Source: Bacteroidaceae bacterium
GTDB lineage: Bacteria; Bacteroidota; Bacteroidia; Bacteroidales; Bacteroidaceae
DNA length: 64,000 bases
Direction of reading: 5' to 3'
NCBI GenBank assembly: GCA_045660365.1
Contig: JAZRDQ010000008.1
Span: forward strand, 72,506 to 136,505
Part shown: positions 33,999-43,783 of the stretch, in pieces
Layout of the letters: every line of letters starts with the position of its first letter
How positions within the stretch are numbered: position 1 is the first letter of the stretch
Made by a program: the position numbers and the translations under genes
The notes under the pieces: model-generated
The model's input: the letters and a program-made list of their open reading frames with translations, nothing else
Told to the model about the DNA's origin: nothing
The model's database searches: none

Positions 33999-36242
33999 AT
34001 GAACATTGTAACAAAAGAAATCCAGCTTCCTGACGGAAGAATTGTGAAGCTGGAGACCGGGAAACTGGCAAAACAAGCCGATGGAGCAGTTATGCTGACT
34101 TGCGGTAAGACTATGCTTCTGGCCACTGTATGTGCCGCTAAAGATGCAGTTCCCGGAACAGATTTTATGCCTTTACAGGTAGAGTACAGAGAAAAGTATG
34201 CAGCTATCGGCCGCTATCCGGGTGGCTTTACAAAGCGCGAAGGTCGTCCTTCAGATTATGAAATTCTGACCTGTCGTCTGGTTGACCGTGCTTTGCGTCC
34301 TCTCTTCCCTGATAACTACCACGCAGAAGTTTATGTAAACATCATACTCTATTCAGCCGATGGCGAACAGATGCCTGATGCATTTGCAGGCTTGGCAGCA
34401 TCGGCAGCTCTTGCAGTATCTGATATCCCATTCCAGGGTCCGATTTCAGAGGTACGTGTTGCCCGCATTGATGGTGAATATGTAATTAACCCAACCTTCA
34501 AACAGCTTGAAGAGGCTGATATGGATGTAATGGTTGCCGCTACATACGACAACATTATGATGGTTGAGGGTGAAATGAAGGAGGTTTCAGAAGCTGACCT
34601 GCTGGGCGCAATGAAGGCTGCTCACGAAGAGATTAAGAAACACTGTCAGGTTCAGATGGAGCTGACAGAGGCTGTTGGCAAGACAGTAAAGCGCGAATAT
34701 TGCCACGAAGTTAATGACGAAGAACTGCGTCAGGCTGTTAAGGATGCATGCTACCAGAAATCATACGAACTGGCTGCTGCTGGTAACACAGACAAGCATT
34801 CACGTCAGGAGAACTTTGATGCTGTTCGCGATGAATTCAAGGCTGCTTACAATGAGGCTCATGCCGATATGGATGAAGCAGAACTTGCTGAAAAGAATGC
34901 TCTGATTGACCGTTACTACCACGATGTAGAGCGCGATGCTATGCGTCGTTGCATTTTGGACGAAGGTAAACGTCTGGATGGTCGTCAGACAACAGAAATC
35001 CGTCCTATCTGGTGCGAAGCAGGTTATCTGCCAGGTCCTCATGGTTCTTCAGTATTTACCCGTGGTGAAACTCAGGCTCTCTGCTCTGTAACACTGGGTA
35101 CAAAGGACGATGAAAAGATGGTTGATGATGTTCTGGATCAGCATGATGAGCGTTTCCTGTTGCACTATAACTTCCCTCCATTCTGTACTGGTGAAGCTAA
35201 GGCACAGCGCAGCACAGGCCGTCGTGAAATAGGTCACGGTCATCTGGCATGGCGTGCATTGAAAGGCCAGATTCCTGCAGATTATCCATACTGCGTTCGC
35301 GTAGTTTCTGATATTCTGGAATCAAACGGTTCTTCATCAATGGCTACAGTTTGTGCAGGTACACTGGCTCTGATGGATGCAGGTGTAAAGATTTCAAATC
35401 CTGTATCAGGTATCGCAATGGGTCTTATCAAGAATCCAGGCGAAGATAAATATGCAGTTCTTAGCGATATCCTTGGTGATGAAGATCATCTTGGTGATAT
35501 GGACTTTAAGACAACAGGTACTGTTAAAGGTCTGACAGCTACTCAGATGGATATTAAGTGTGATGGTCTTTCATACGAAATCCTGGAGAAGGCTCTGGCA
35601 CAGGCTAAAGCAGGCCGCGAACATATCCTTGGCAAAATCCAGGAGTGTCTGGCTGAACCACGTGCTGACCTGAAACCACATGCTCCACGCATTGAAACAA
35701 TGATCATCCCTAAGGAGTTCATTGGTGCAGTGATTGGCCCGGGCGGAAAGATTATCCAGGGTATGCAGGAAGAAACCGGTGCAAACATCAGCATTGAAGA
35801 GATTGATGGTGCAGGCAGAATTGAGATTGCTGCAACCAACAAGGAGAGCATCGATGCAGCTATCGCAAAGATTCGTGCTATAGTAGCTGTTCCTGAAGTA
35901 GGTGAAATTTACGATGGTACTGTTCGCAGCGTAATGCCTTACGGTCTGTTCGTTGAATTTATGCCAGGTAAGGATGGATTGCTCCACATTTCAGAAATCG
36001 ACTGGAAACGTTACGAAACAATTGAGCAGACTGAAATCAAGGAAGGCGATAAGATTCAGGTTAAACTTATCGATATTGACCAGAAGACAGGTAAGTTCAA
36101 ATTGTCACGCAGAGTCCTGATTGAAAAACCGGAAGGTTATCAGGAGCGCGAACGTCCACAGCGTCCTCCACGCGGACCACGCCAGGAGAGAGGTGAGGGC
36201 GGTAACTTCCGTAACAACAGAAAGGAAAATGAAGAGAAGTAA
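33999..36242 (+). CDS. pnp: Polyribonucleotide nucleotidyltransferase (PNPase)
   Basis: 747 aa with two RNase PH domains (GRxxEIGHGxLAxRAL), KH ([13 protein letters not shown]) and S1 ([20 protein letters not shown]) domains, and an RG-rich tail. Confidence 0.95.
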   Translation: MNIVTKEIQLPDGRIVKLETGKLAKQADGAVMLTCGKTMLLATVCAAKDAVPGTDFMPLQVEYREKYAAIGRYPGGFTKREGRPSDYEILTCRLVDRALRPLFPDNYHAEVYVNIILYSADGEQMPDAFAGLAASAALAVSDIPFQGPISEVRVARIDGEYVINPTFKQLEEADMDVMVAATYDNIMMVEGEMKEVSEADLLGAMKAAHEEIKKHCQVQMELTEAVGKTVKREYCHEVNDEELRQAVKDACYQKSYELAAAGNTDKHSRQENFDAVRDEFKAAYNEAHADMDEAELAEKNALIDRYYHDVERDAMRRCILDEGKRLDGRQTTEIRPIWCEAGYLPGPHGSSVFTRGETQALCSVTLGTKDDEKMVDDVLDQHDERFLLHYNFPPFCTGEAKAQRSTGRREIGHGHLAWRALKGQIPADYPYCVRVVSDILESNGSSSMATVCAGTLALMDAGVKISNPVSGIAMGLIKNPGEDKYAVLSDILGDEDHLGDMDFKTTGTVKGLTATQMDIKCDGLSYEILEKALAQAKAGREHILGKIQECLAEPRADLKPHAPRIETMIIPKEFIGAVIGPGGKIIQGMQEETGANISIEEIDGAGRIEIAATNKESIDAAIAKIRAIVAVPEVGEIYDGTVRSVMPYGLFVEFMPGKDGLLHISEIDWKRYETIEQTEIKEGDKIQVKLIDIDQKTGKFKLSRRVLIEKPEGYQERERPQRPPRGPRQERGEGGNFRNNRKENEEK

Positions 36243-37398
36243 TATACCTTTTTTACTCTCAGTATTACTAATAACAGTGGCCTGTCAGCAGCAAGTTGAC
36301 AGGTTCACTATTGATGGAGCAATACTGGAAGCCGAAAACAAAACTCTCTATTTAGATAAGGTGGGAGCTGACAAAACAGAGACAATAGACTCTGTAAAAC
36401 TGGATGATGAAGGAGCTTTCAGCTTTTCACACCCGGCAACTCCTGACTGTTTTGAGTTTTATCGACTGCGCGTAGATAAACAATTTATCAATATAGTTGT
36501 AGATTCTACTGAGACTATTACGGTGTATTCTTCATTGCCTTCAATGGCTGTTTCCTACAGAGTAGATGGTTCTGCAAGCAGTAATCGCCTAAAGGATCTG
36601 GTAATGGAACAGATAGGTATCTCGCAGGAGGTAAACAGAATGTTGCAGGGATTTAACGGCCTGGAGGTTGGTGTATTGAGCAACCAGCTTCAGGAAAAGA
36701 TAGATGTGTTTAAAACCAAGATAAAGAATGAATATATTCTTTCTAATCCCGGGACTCCTGCAGCCTACTACGCTCTGTTTATGACTGTGAGAGGCAGTGC
36801 ATTGTTTAATGCTCAGGTTGACAGGCAGGATGCAAAATGTTTTGCTGCTGTAGCCACCCAGATGGATCTGCATTATCCAGATGCGGTGCGTACAAAACAT
36901 ATTCACAACATTGCCCTGAAGGGAATGTCTATGACTGCTCCTTCACAGCCTGCTTCCGAAGAGACGGTAGCTCAACTGGAGCAGATAACTATGGAGACTG
37001 GTATCATAGATATAAAACTGCCGGATTACAGAGGAGTAGAGCAGAAATTGTCAGATTTAAAGGGTCAGGTAGTACTGCTGGATTTTACAGTTTTCAATAG
37101 TGATTATTCGCCCGGATATAATTTGATGTTGCGTAGCCTGTATGACAAGTATGCCGCTGATGGATTTACAATTTATCAGGTTTCATTGGACTCCAATGAG
37201 CATTTCTGGATTACGGGAGCTGCTAATCTGCCATGGACCTGCGTGCGCGATGAATATGGTGCAAGATCTACAGTTGCAGCAAGTTACAGGGTTTCGGCTC
37301 TGCCATCGGCCTTCCTTATAAACAGAGAGGGTGAGCTTGTAGAGCGTCTGCAGGCAATGAAAGGTCTGGAAGAGAAAATAGAAAATCTACTAAAATGA
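36229..37398 (+). CDS. TlpA/AhpC-like thioredoxin-fold lipoprotein lacking the CXXC active site
   Basis: The ATG at 36229 gives [19 protein letters not shown] (lipobox). The C-terminal block [41 protein letters not shown] aligns to the VLLDFWASWCGPC... region of TlpA-family proteins, but the cysteines are absent. The start overlaps the pnp 3' end by 14 nt. The track ORF start at 36121 lies inside pnp and is rejected. Confidence 0.6.
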   Translation: MKRSNIPFLLSVLLITVACQQQVDRFTIDGAILEAENKTLYLDKVGADKTETIDSVKLDDEGAFSFSHPATPDCFEFYRLRVDKQFINIVVDSTETITVYSSLPSMAVSYRVDGSASSNRLKDLVMEQIGISQEVNRMLQGFNGLEVGVLSNQLQEKIDVFKTKIKNEYILSNPGTPAAYYALFMTVRGSALFNAQVDRQDAKCFAAVATQMDLHYPDAVRTKHIHNIALKGMSMTAPSQPASEETVAQLEQITMETGIIDIKLPDYRGVEQKLSDLKGQVVLLDFTVFNSDYSPGYNLMLRSLYDKYAADGFTIYQVSLDSNEHFWITGAANLPWTCVRDEYGARSTVAASYRVSALPSAFLINREGELVERLQAMKGLEEKIENLLK

Positions 37399-37415
37399 TT
37401 TTGTTAGGCTAAAAG

Positions 37416-37447
37416 TTTGGATATATAGAATAAACATTATATCTTTG
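37416..37447 (+). promoter_or_regulatory. Canonical Bacteroidetes promoter TTTG-N20-TATCTTTG upstream of greA
   Basis: TTTG at 37416-37419, an exact 20-nt spacer, then TAnnTTTG at 37440-37447. Confidence 0.55.
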
Positions 37448-37476
37448 CGTAGAAGCAAACAAGATAAATAAAAGGG

Positions 37477-37525
37477 TTCCAACACCAGTCGCGGTGTGTT
37501 GGAATTCTTTTTTCATCTTTTTTTT
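37477..37525 (+). terminator. Hairpin plus long T-run in the greA leader (leader terminator/attenuator, or terminator of the upstream gene)
   Basis: TTCCAACACC (37477-37486) pairs with GGTGTGTTGGAA (37493-37504) with a 2-nt bulge. TTCTTTTTTCATCTTTTTTTT follows. It lies between the predicted promoter and the greA ATG at 37554. Confidence 0.55.
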
Positions 37526-37553
37526 AAGTGTAACAATTAAAAATATATCAGAT

Positions 37554-38018
37554 ATGGCTTATATGTCGGAAGAAGGCTACAAGAAATTGTTGGCCGAATT
37601 ACAGTATTTGGAGAATGTACGTCGTCCGGAGGTGATACAGCAGATAGCTGAGGCTCGCGATAAGGGCGATTTGTCTGAGAATGCTGAGTATGATGCAGCT
37701 AAAGAGGCACAGGCAATGCTTGAATCCAAGATTGCCCAGCTTAAATTACAGATAGCTGATGCTAAATTGATAGATGAATCAATGATTGATACATCTACAG
37801 TTCAGATATTGACAAAGGTTAAATTGCGTAATACAAAGAACAACTCAGTAGTAACATACACTATCGTTCCAGAGAGTGAGGCAGATCTTAAAGCTGGAAA
37901 AATATCTTGCAATACACCTATTGCAAAGGGCTTGTTAGGTAAGAGTGCAGGTGAAACTGCTGAAATAACAATCCCAAGCGGAAAAATTGGTTTCGAAATT
38001 CTGGAGATAACTATCTGA
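37554..38018 (+). CDS. greA: Transcription elongation factor GreA
   Basis: MAYMSEEGYKKLLAELQYLENVRRPEV...ARDKGDLSENAEYDAAKE is a typical GreA N-terminal coiled coil. The protein is 154 aa from the ATG at 37554; the track ORF begins further upstream at 37494. Confidence 0.9.
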   Translation: MAYMSEEGYKKLLAELQYLENVRRPEVIQQIAEARDKGDLSENAEYDAAKEAQAMLESKIAQLKLQIADAKLIDESMIDTSTVQILTKVKLRNTKNNSVVTYTIVPESEADLKAGKISCNTPIAKGLLGKSAGETAEITIPSGKIGFEILEITI

Positions 38019-38027
38019 TAAACTGCT

Positions 38028-38417
38028 ATGACTATCTTCAGTAGAATTATAAACGGAGAGATTCCCTGCTACAAGATAGCAGAGAATGAGAATTGCTTTG
38101 CGTTTCTGGATATCAATCCAATGGTCAAGGGGCATACTCTTGTTATTCCCAAGCGTGAAGTAGATTATCTGTTTGATCTGACCGATCAGGAGCTGGCAGA
38201 TCTTCAGCTTTTTGCAAAGAAGATAGCCACGGCTCAGAAGAAGGCTATTCCTTGTTTGCGAGTTGGTCAGGCAGTTTTAGGCCTGGAGGTGCCACATGCA
38301 CATATTCATCTTATTCCAATGCAGAGTGAAAAGGATATGTTGTTCAGCAATCCAAAGCTTAAATTAACGAACGAAGAGTTTGTACAGATAGCTGAATCAA
38401 TCAAATCAATGTTATAA
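38028..38417 (+). CDS. HIT-family (histidine triad) protein
   Basis: 129 aa with the histidine triad VPHAHIHLIP and an N-terminus IFSRIINGEIPCYKIAENE. Confidence 0.9.
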   Translation: MTIFSRIINGEIPCYKIAENENCFAFLDINPMVKGHTLVIPKREVDYLFDLTDQELADLQLFAKKIATAQKKAIPCLRVGQAVLGLEVPHAHIHLIPMQSEKDMLFSNPKLKLTNEEFVQIAESIKSML

Positions 38418-38435
38418 CTTTAAAAACTGTTTATT

Positions 38436-38951
38436 ATGAGAATTAAATCGTTGGTTTTAGTTGCGCTTGTTACAATAGTAACATTTGCTTCATGTGGTGT
38501 TTTGGGTAGCTCAATGGGTACTTCAACTGCTTCTAAAAGCGGTCATTCATCGGGTGTGGCATTGAGAAATCTATATTCATCATACAAAGAATCAGGAAGT
38601 CTTGATATGACCAATATGTCAACAATGCTTCAGTTGGCAACATTGGTAAATGGTGTTCAGTCTTTGAAGACTACAACAGATAAATCATCTTTCTATACAG
38701 ACTTTGCATCCGGATTGATAACAGGTTCAAACAATTTAGTAAATCACTCTAATTCTACTAATGTTATGAATACATTGACTACAATGTCTAATCTGGATCT
38801 GTCTGCTATAACAAGTGCCGCTTCAAATGCTGCAAATAATGCTACTCAGCAGGTAACTCCGGCATTGTCAAATATTGTAACAGCTTCAGAAAATGTAGGA
38901 CAGGCTGTAAGTTCTCTGAATTCAATCTTTAGCCTGTTTGGTGGCAATTAA
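38436..38951 (+). CDS. Hypothetical Ser/Thr/Asn-rich lipoprotein
   Basis: 171 aa with a signal peptide and lipobox (TFASC). I recognised no family. Confidence 0.5.
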   Translation: MRIKSLVLVALVTIVTFASCGVLGSSMGTSTASKSGHSSGVALRNLYSSYKESGSLDMTNMSTMLQLATLVNGVQSLKTTTDKSSFYTDFASGLITGSNNLVNHSNSTNVMNTLTTMSNLDLSAITSAASNAANNATQQVTPALSNIVTASENVGQAVSSLNSIFSLFGGN

Positions 38952-39111
38952 TTCTAAAACAGAAGGATTATGTTCTGGTCATTAAGTTCAGATATTAAAG
39001 CTTTAGGCAAGCCAAACAGAAAGTACAAGTTTCATGATACTTGTATGCTAAAGTCCAAGGATGATAAGGAAAATACTGAGTCTCACGAATGAGAAGGACT
39101 TATGTGAAATA

Positions 39112-39147
39112 AAAAACGGAGGGAGTTTGAAACTCTCTCCATTTTTT
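39112..39147. terminator. Bidirectional terminator hairpin downstream of tRNA-Leu (minus strand) and the lipoprotein gene (plus strand)
   Basis: GGAGGGAG (39118-39125) pairs with CTCTCTCC (39133-39140), including one G-U pair. An A-run lies 5' and a T-run 3', so either strand reads hairpin plus U-tract. Confidence 0.6.
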
Positions 39148-39148
39148 G

Positions 39149-39230
39149 TACCCAGACCCGGGGTCGAACCGGGATGGGTTGCCCCACTGGTGTTTGAGAC
39201 CAGCGCGTCTACCGATTCCGCCATCTGGGC
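39149..39230 (-). tRNA. tRNA-Leu (anticodon CAA), class II with a long variable arm
   Basis: Manual cloverleaf: acceptor GCCCAGA/TCTGGGT, anticodon stem CTGGT/ACCAG, loop CTCAAAC, variable arm tGGGgcaaCCCat, T arm CCCGG-TTCGACC-CCGGG, discriminator A. No CCA is encoded. The track ORF 39048-39317 is a shadow of this gene. Confidence 0.9.
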
Positions 39231-39245
39231 GTCAATTTGACACTG

Positions 39246-39253
39246 CAAAGATA
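39246..39253 (-). promoter_or_regulatory. Candidate -7 element (TATCTTTG on the minus strand) for tRNA-Leu
   Basis: Plus-strand CAAAGATA is an exact TAnnTTTG on the minus strand, ending 16 nt upstream of the tRNA 5' end. The -33 position reads TTAG (one mismatch). Confidence 0.4.
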
Positions 39254-39377
39254 GTATAAAATATCTATAGTTGCTAAAATAATCTCTATAATTTTCATAG
39301 AAAAGGTTAAAATACAATGTAAAAATTTGATTCTTAAGCTATAAGTGTTAACTTCGTGCAAACGAAAATATGATTTT

Positions 39378-40466
39378 ATGTTCAATTCAGATAATTATTG
39401 CATTGTTTTAGCAGGTGGAAAGGGTACCAGACTGTGGCCTCTTAGCAGAAAAGAGATGCCAAAGCAGTTTATAGATTTTAATGGAGATGGCACCACCCTG
39501 TTAAGAAAGATAGTTGACAGACTCTCTAAGCTGTTTGAACTTGAAAATATAATAGTATCTACAAATCTGGATTATTACGATACGGTTTGTCAGTTATTGC
39601 CTTTTTTGAATCCGCAGCAGATTTTGCGGGAACCGGCAATGAAAGGTACGGCTCCTGGATTGGCTATGGCTGCATATCATATCAGAGATCTGAATCCAAA
39701 TGCAAATGTACTTGTCGTGCCATCTGACGTAGTTGTTTCAGAGGATAAGGATTTTGACCATATAGTTGAGCAGGGAATGCATTTTGTGGAGAATAATCAT
39801 GGTCTGTTGACTATAGGAATTAAACCAACTCATCCTGAAACACGTTTTGGTTATATTCAGGCAGACGAAAAGATGCTTGACGGAATGTATAAGGTGCGTA
39901 CTTTTACTGAGAAGCCAGATGAGAATTTTGCAAGGATATTTGTAGAGAGTGGGGAATTTTACTGGAATTCAGGTATGCTTATGTGGAATGTTGAAACCTT
40001 TATCAACACCGTAAGAGTATGTATGCCTGATATGATGGCGCAGTTTGATAATATTTACGACAATCATCATAATCGTGATGCGCGCCGAAAACTGCTCTAT
40101 TCTGTTTTTGAATCCTTCCCTCACAGATCTATAGATTTTGGTGTGCTGGAAAAGGCTGAGAATGTTTATGTAACATTGGGTGAGTTCTATTGGAATGATA
40201 TAGAGAGCTGGGGCTTGCTGTACGATTATTGCAGAAAGGACGAAAATGGTAACTACGTGGGAGCTTCCAAGAATCAGGTTTACAACTGTAATAATAATGT
40301 GGTGATTGAGACAAACGAAAAGAAACTGATAGTGATTGATGATTTGTCTGACTTTATAATTGTGGATACAGACGATGTCCTATTGATATGTCGTAGAGAG
40401 AATGAGGCTGGTTTCAGACGTTATGTGAATGATGCTTCAATTAAATACGGTGGTGAGTTTACATAA
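39378..40466 (+). CDS. Mannose-1-phosphate guanylyltransferase-like nucleotidyltransferase
   Basis: The ATG at 39378 gives MFNSDNYCIVLAGGKGTRLWPLSRKEMPKQF, an NTP-transferase signature. About 362 aa, with no cupin/PMI domain. Confidence 0.8.
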   Translation: MFNSDNYCIVLAGGKGTRLWPLSRKEMPKQFIDFNGDGTTLLRKIVDRLSKLFELENIIVSTNLDYYDTVCQLLPFLNPQQILREPAMKGTAPGLAMAAYHIRDLNPNANVLVVPSDVVVSEDKDFDHIVEQGMHFVENNHGLLTIGIKPTHPETRFGYIQADEKMLDGMYKVRTFTEKPDENFARIFVESGEFYWNSGMLMWNVETFINTVRVCMPDMMAQFDNIYDNHHNRDARRKLLYSVFESFPHRSIDFGVLEKAENVYVTLGEFYWNDIESWGLLYDYCRKDENGNYVGASKNQVYNCNNNVVIETNEKKLIVIDDLSDFIIVDTDDVLLICRRENEAGFRRYVNDASIKYGGEFT

Positions 40467-40474
40467 ACAGGTAA

Positions 40475-40509
40475 AAAAGAAAAGAGGTCTTTTGAACCTC
40501 TTTTCTTTT
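40475..40509. terminator. Perfect 14-bp hairpin, bidirectional terminator between the manC-like gene and tRNA-Asn
   Basis: AAAAGAAAAGAGGT (40475-40488) pairs perfectly with ACCTCTTTTCTTTT (40496-40509) across a 7-nt loop. It abuts the tRNA-Asn 3' end. Confidence 0.7.
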
Positions 40510-40510
40510 G

Positions 40511-40584
40511 CTCTCCCTCTTGGACTTGAACCAAGGACCCTCTGATTAACAGTCAGATGCTCTAACCGACTGAGCTAAGGAAGA
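40511..40584 (-). tRNA. tRNA-Asn (anticodon GTT)
   Basis: Manual 74-nt cloverleaf: acceptor TCTTCCT/AGGGAGA (one G-U pair), D arm GCTC-AGTCGGTTA-GAGC, anticodon stem TCTGA/TCAGA, loop CTGTTAA, T arm CTTGG-TTCAAGT-CCAAG, discriminator G. Confidence 0.9.
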
Positions 40585-40726
40585 ATCACTTCTTGAGTAA
40601 CTTTGTTGCTCAATTGCGGTGCAAAATTACAGCCTTTTTTCAAATATGCAATAGCTTTTCGTAAAAAAATCATCATTCAGTGAAAAAAAATCATACCTTC
40701 GCAGACAGATAAGCAAAAACAGGGCA

Positions 40727-42391
40727 ATGAAACGTAGTAGAGTATCATTTATAATAGTATTCCTGTCGTCAGCACTGATTACACTGGCGGCAACAAGAAA
40801 TCAGGATTTAAGATTTCAGGCATCTAAAAGTTCAGATATATTCCATTCAATATTAAGGGAACTAAATATGCTTTATGTTGATACGGTAGATTTGGAGGAG
40901 GCGGTAAATAAAGGTATAGATGCCATGCTCTCTTCTCTGGATCCGTACACAGAGTTCTATTCTGAACAGGAGGAGACCGATCTGAAGATGATGACAACAG
41001 GAAAGTATGCGGGAATTGGTGCAATCATAAGACAATATCCTGAAAAGAATATGATAGCCATAGAAGAACCCTACGAAGGAATGCCAGCCGCAAGATATGG
41101 ATTAAAGGCCGGTGATTTGATTCTTCGTATAGATGGTGAAGATATGCGTGGCAAGACAAATTCAGAGGTGAGTGATAGATTGCGAGGTGAACCTGATACT
41201 AAATTTGTGATCACCATAGAACGTCCGGGAGTTTCAGATTCGCTGGAAATTGAAATAGTCCGCAGTGTGATAGCTCTTCCTGCTGTACCATATTATGGAA
41301 TGACTGCAGGAAAATACGGATATATTCTATTGGAGAGTTTTACAGATGGCTGTTCAAAAGATGTGAGAAAGGCTATTGAAGAACTGCTCTCTCAGGACGC
41401 AGAAGGATTGATTCTTGACTTGCGTGGGAATGGCGGTGGCCTGTTGACTGAAGCCATAGAGATAGTAGGCCTGTTCGTGCCAAAAGGTACAAAGGTTGTT
41501 GAAACAAAAGGCAGGGCACCACAATCATCCAGAACATATTCTACCGGTCGTGCTCCGATTGTTCCTGAACTGCCTCTGGTGGTAATGGTTGATGAACAGT
41601 CTGCTTCGGCTTCTGAAATTGTGTCCGGTGCATTGCAGGATCTGGACAGAGCTGTAATTGTGGGTAACAGAACATTTGGCAAGGGACTGGTTCAGAGTAC
41701 CCGTCCGCTTCCTTACAACGGAACCCTGAAATTGACTACATCCAAGTATTATATACCAAGCGGACGCTGTATTCAGAAGGTAGATTATGCTGCACGCAGA
41801 AAAGGTACTGATAGCAAGCAGGGTGCAGATACTATATCTGATAAATTTTATACACTTTCAGGACGCCCGGTAAAGTCTGATGGTGGAATTTATCCCGATT
41901 CTGTATGTAAACTGGATACAATGCCTGATATTCTCTACAGGCTGACAACCGATGTGGTACTGTTTGACTTTGTAAACAAATTCTGTATAGAGAACAAGCA
42001 GATTGCACCAATGGAAGAGTTTGAGGTTACAGATGCCCTCTTTGATGAATTTGTTGACTATGTTCATAATTCGGACTTTAAGTTTGAAAGCAATAGCAGC
42101 AAGGCTCTGGATTTGTTGAAGGATATGGCAAAACTTGAGGGATTGGCAGATAAGGCTACCGATGAGTTCAAAGCTCTGGAGGAAAAACTCCAGTATAATA
42201 TGGATAAGGACTTAGAGGTATTCCGTAAGGATATTAAGCGTCTGCTTGCCGTAGAGATTGCAACAAGATACTATTATCAGCGTGGTGGAATATATCATGG
42301 TTTGAAGGATGATATTTGTCTTGATCTGGCTGTAGGTATCCTGAACAATCAGGAGCAATATAATAATATATTAAAGGTGGTTAAGGATTAG
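40727..42391 (+). CDS. S41-family carboxyl-terminal processing peptidase (tail-specific protease) with a PDZ domain
   Basis: 554 aa. Signal/anchor, a PDZ-like segment (GLKAGDLILRIDGEDM), and S41 catalytic blocks LILDLRGNGGG, DEQSASASEIVSGALQD and GNRTFGKG. Confidence 0.85.
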   Translation: MKRSRVSFIIVFLSSALITLAATRNQDLRFQASKSSDIFHSILRELNMLYVDTVDLEEAVNKGIDAMLSSLDPYTEFYSEQEETDLKMMTTGKYAGIGAIIRQYPEKNMIAIEEPYEGMPAARYGLKAGDLILRIDGEDMRGKTNSEVSDRLRGEPDTKFVITIERPGVSDSLEIEIVRSVIALPAVPYYGMTAGKYGYILLESFTDGCSKDVRKAIEELLSQDAEGLILDLRGNGGGLLTEAIEIVGLFVPKGTKVVETKGRAPQSSRTYSTGRAPIVPELPLVVMVDEQSASASEIVSGALQDLDRAVIVGNRTFGKGLVQSTRPLPYNGTLKLTTSKYYIPSGRCIQKVDYAARRKGTDSKQGADTISDKFYTLSGRPVKSDGGIYPDSVCKLDTMPDILYRLTTDVVLFDFVNKFCIENKQIAPMEEFEVTDALFDEFVDYVHNSDFKFESNSSKALDLLKDMAKLEGLADKATDEFKALEEKLQYNMDKDLEVFRKDIKRLLAVEIATRYYYQRGGIYHGLKDDICLDLAVGILNNQEQYNNILKVVKD

Positions 42392-42803
42392 TACCTGTAT
42401 AATCTGTTCCCTCTTTGCTGATTATCAGTTTTTCTCCTTCTTCTGATAGTTCTATCAGACTGACTATGTCAGATTCGCCATCTACTATCAGCAATGTGCT
42501 TTCATCTGCAAATCGGTCTATGTTCAGAGTGAATGTGGTAGATGGTGTGCCGCTGAATATGAGACTGTCATTTACATACATCTGTAGTGGTTTGTTTAGA
42601 GTGGTTTCGTCCAGGACAAATTCATATCGTTCGTGATATTTTTTATCAAGGTTCATTTTACGGTCAATTCTGAATGCCCAGAGAATAAAAATCAGTACAA
42701 TCAGGAAGACCATTACCATCATTGCTATTCCTCCTAATAAAAATGCGTTGTTTGCTTTTGTTGTGAGTTTGCCCATATCCGATAGCTTGTAATTTATGGG
42801 CAA
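42381..42803 (-). CDS. Hypothetical single-pass membrane protein
   Basis: 140 aa with one strong TM segment (FLLGGIAMMVMVFLIVLIFILWAF). An alternative start is at 42776 (MGKLTT). Its 3' end overlaps the peptidase gene convergently by 11 nt. Confidence 0.45.
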   Translation of the reverse strand: MPINYKLSDMGKLTTKANNAFLLGGIAMMVMVFLIVLIFILWAFRIDRKMNLDKKYHERYEFVLDETTLNKPLQMYVNDSLIFSGTPSTTFTLNIDRFADESTLLIVDGESDIVSLIELSEEGEKLIISKEGTDYTGTNP

Positions 42804-42871
42804 AAGTAATGGAAAAGTGTCATTTTTCTTGCAGAAATCCGTTTTTATTGCGAAAATTGCATTTTAAATAA

Positions 42872-43729
<858 letters not shown>

Positions 43730-43750
43730 TATTAAAAGCATGATAAAATT

Positions 43751-43783
43751 AACTGAGGCAGGGATTATTTCCTTGCCTCAGTT
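43751..43783. terminator. Hairpin between the convergent esterase gene and AraC-type regulator 1
   Basis: AACTGAGGCAGG (43751-43762) pairs with CCTTGCCTCAGTT (43771-43783) with one mismatch. The right arm encodes the last codons of the regulator. Confidence 0.5.

Noticed and set aside
36121-36228. N-terminal extension of the track ORF 36121-37398 ([12 protein letters not shown]...)
   Set aside because: It lies within the pnp coding region in another frame. The internal ATG at 36229 yields a proper lipoprotein signal peptide.
39048-39317. 89-aa minus-strand ORF in the track
   Set aside because: It is fully explained by tRNA-Leu(CAA) at 39149-39230 plus its flanking terminator and promoter. 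It has no coding signal of its own.
39149-40584. manC-like gene sandwiched between two minus-strand tRNA genes, considered as a tRNA-targeted genomic islet
   Set aside because: There is no integrase, no direct repeat of a tRNA 3' end and no other cargo. Strong bidirectional terminators simply insulate three independent units.
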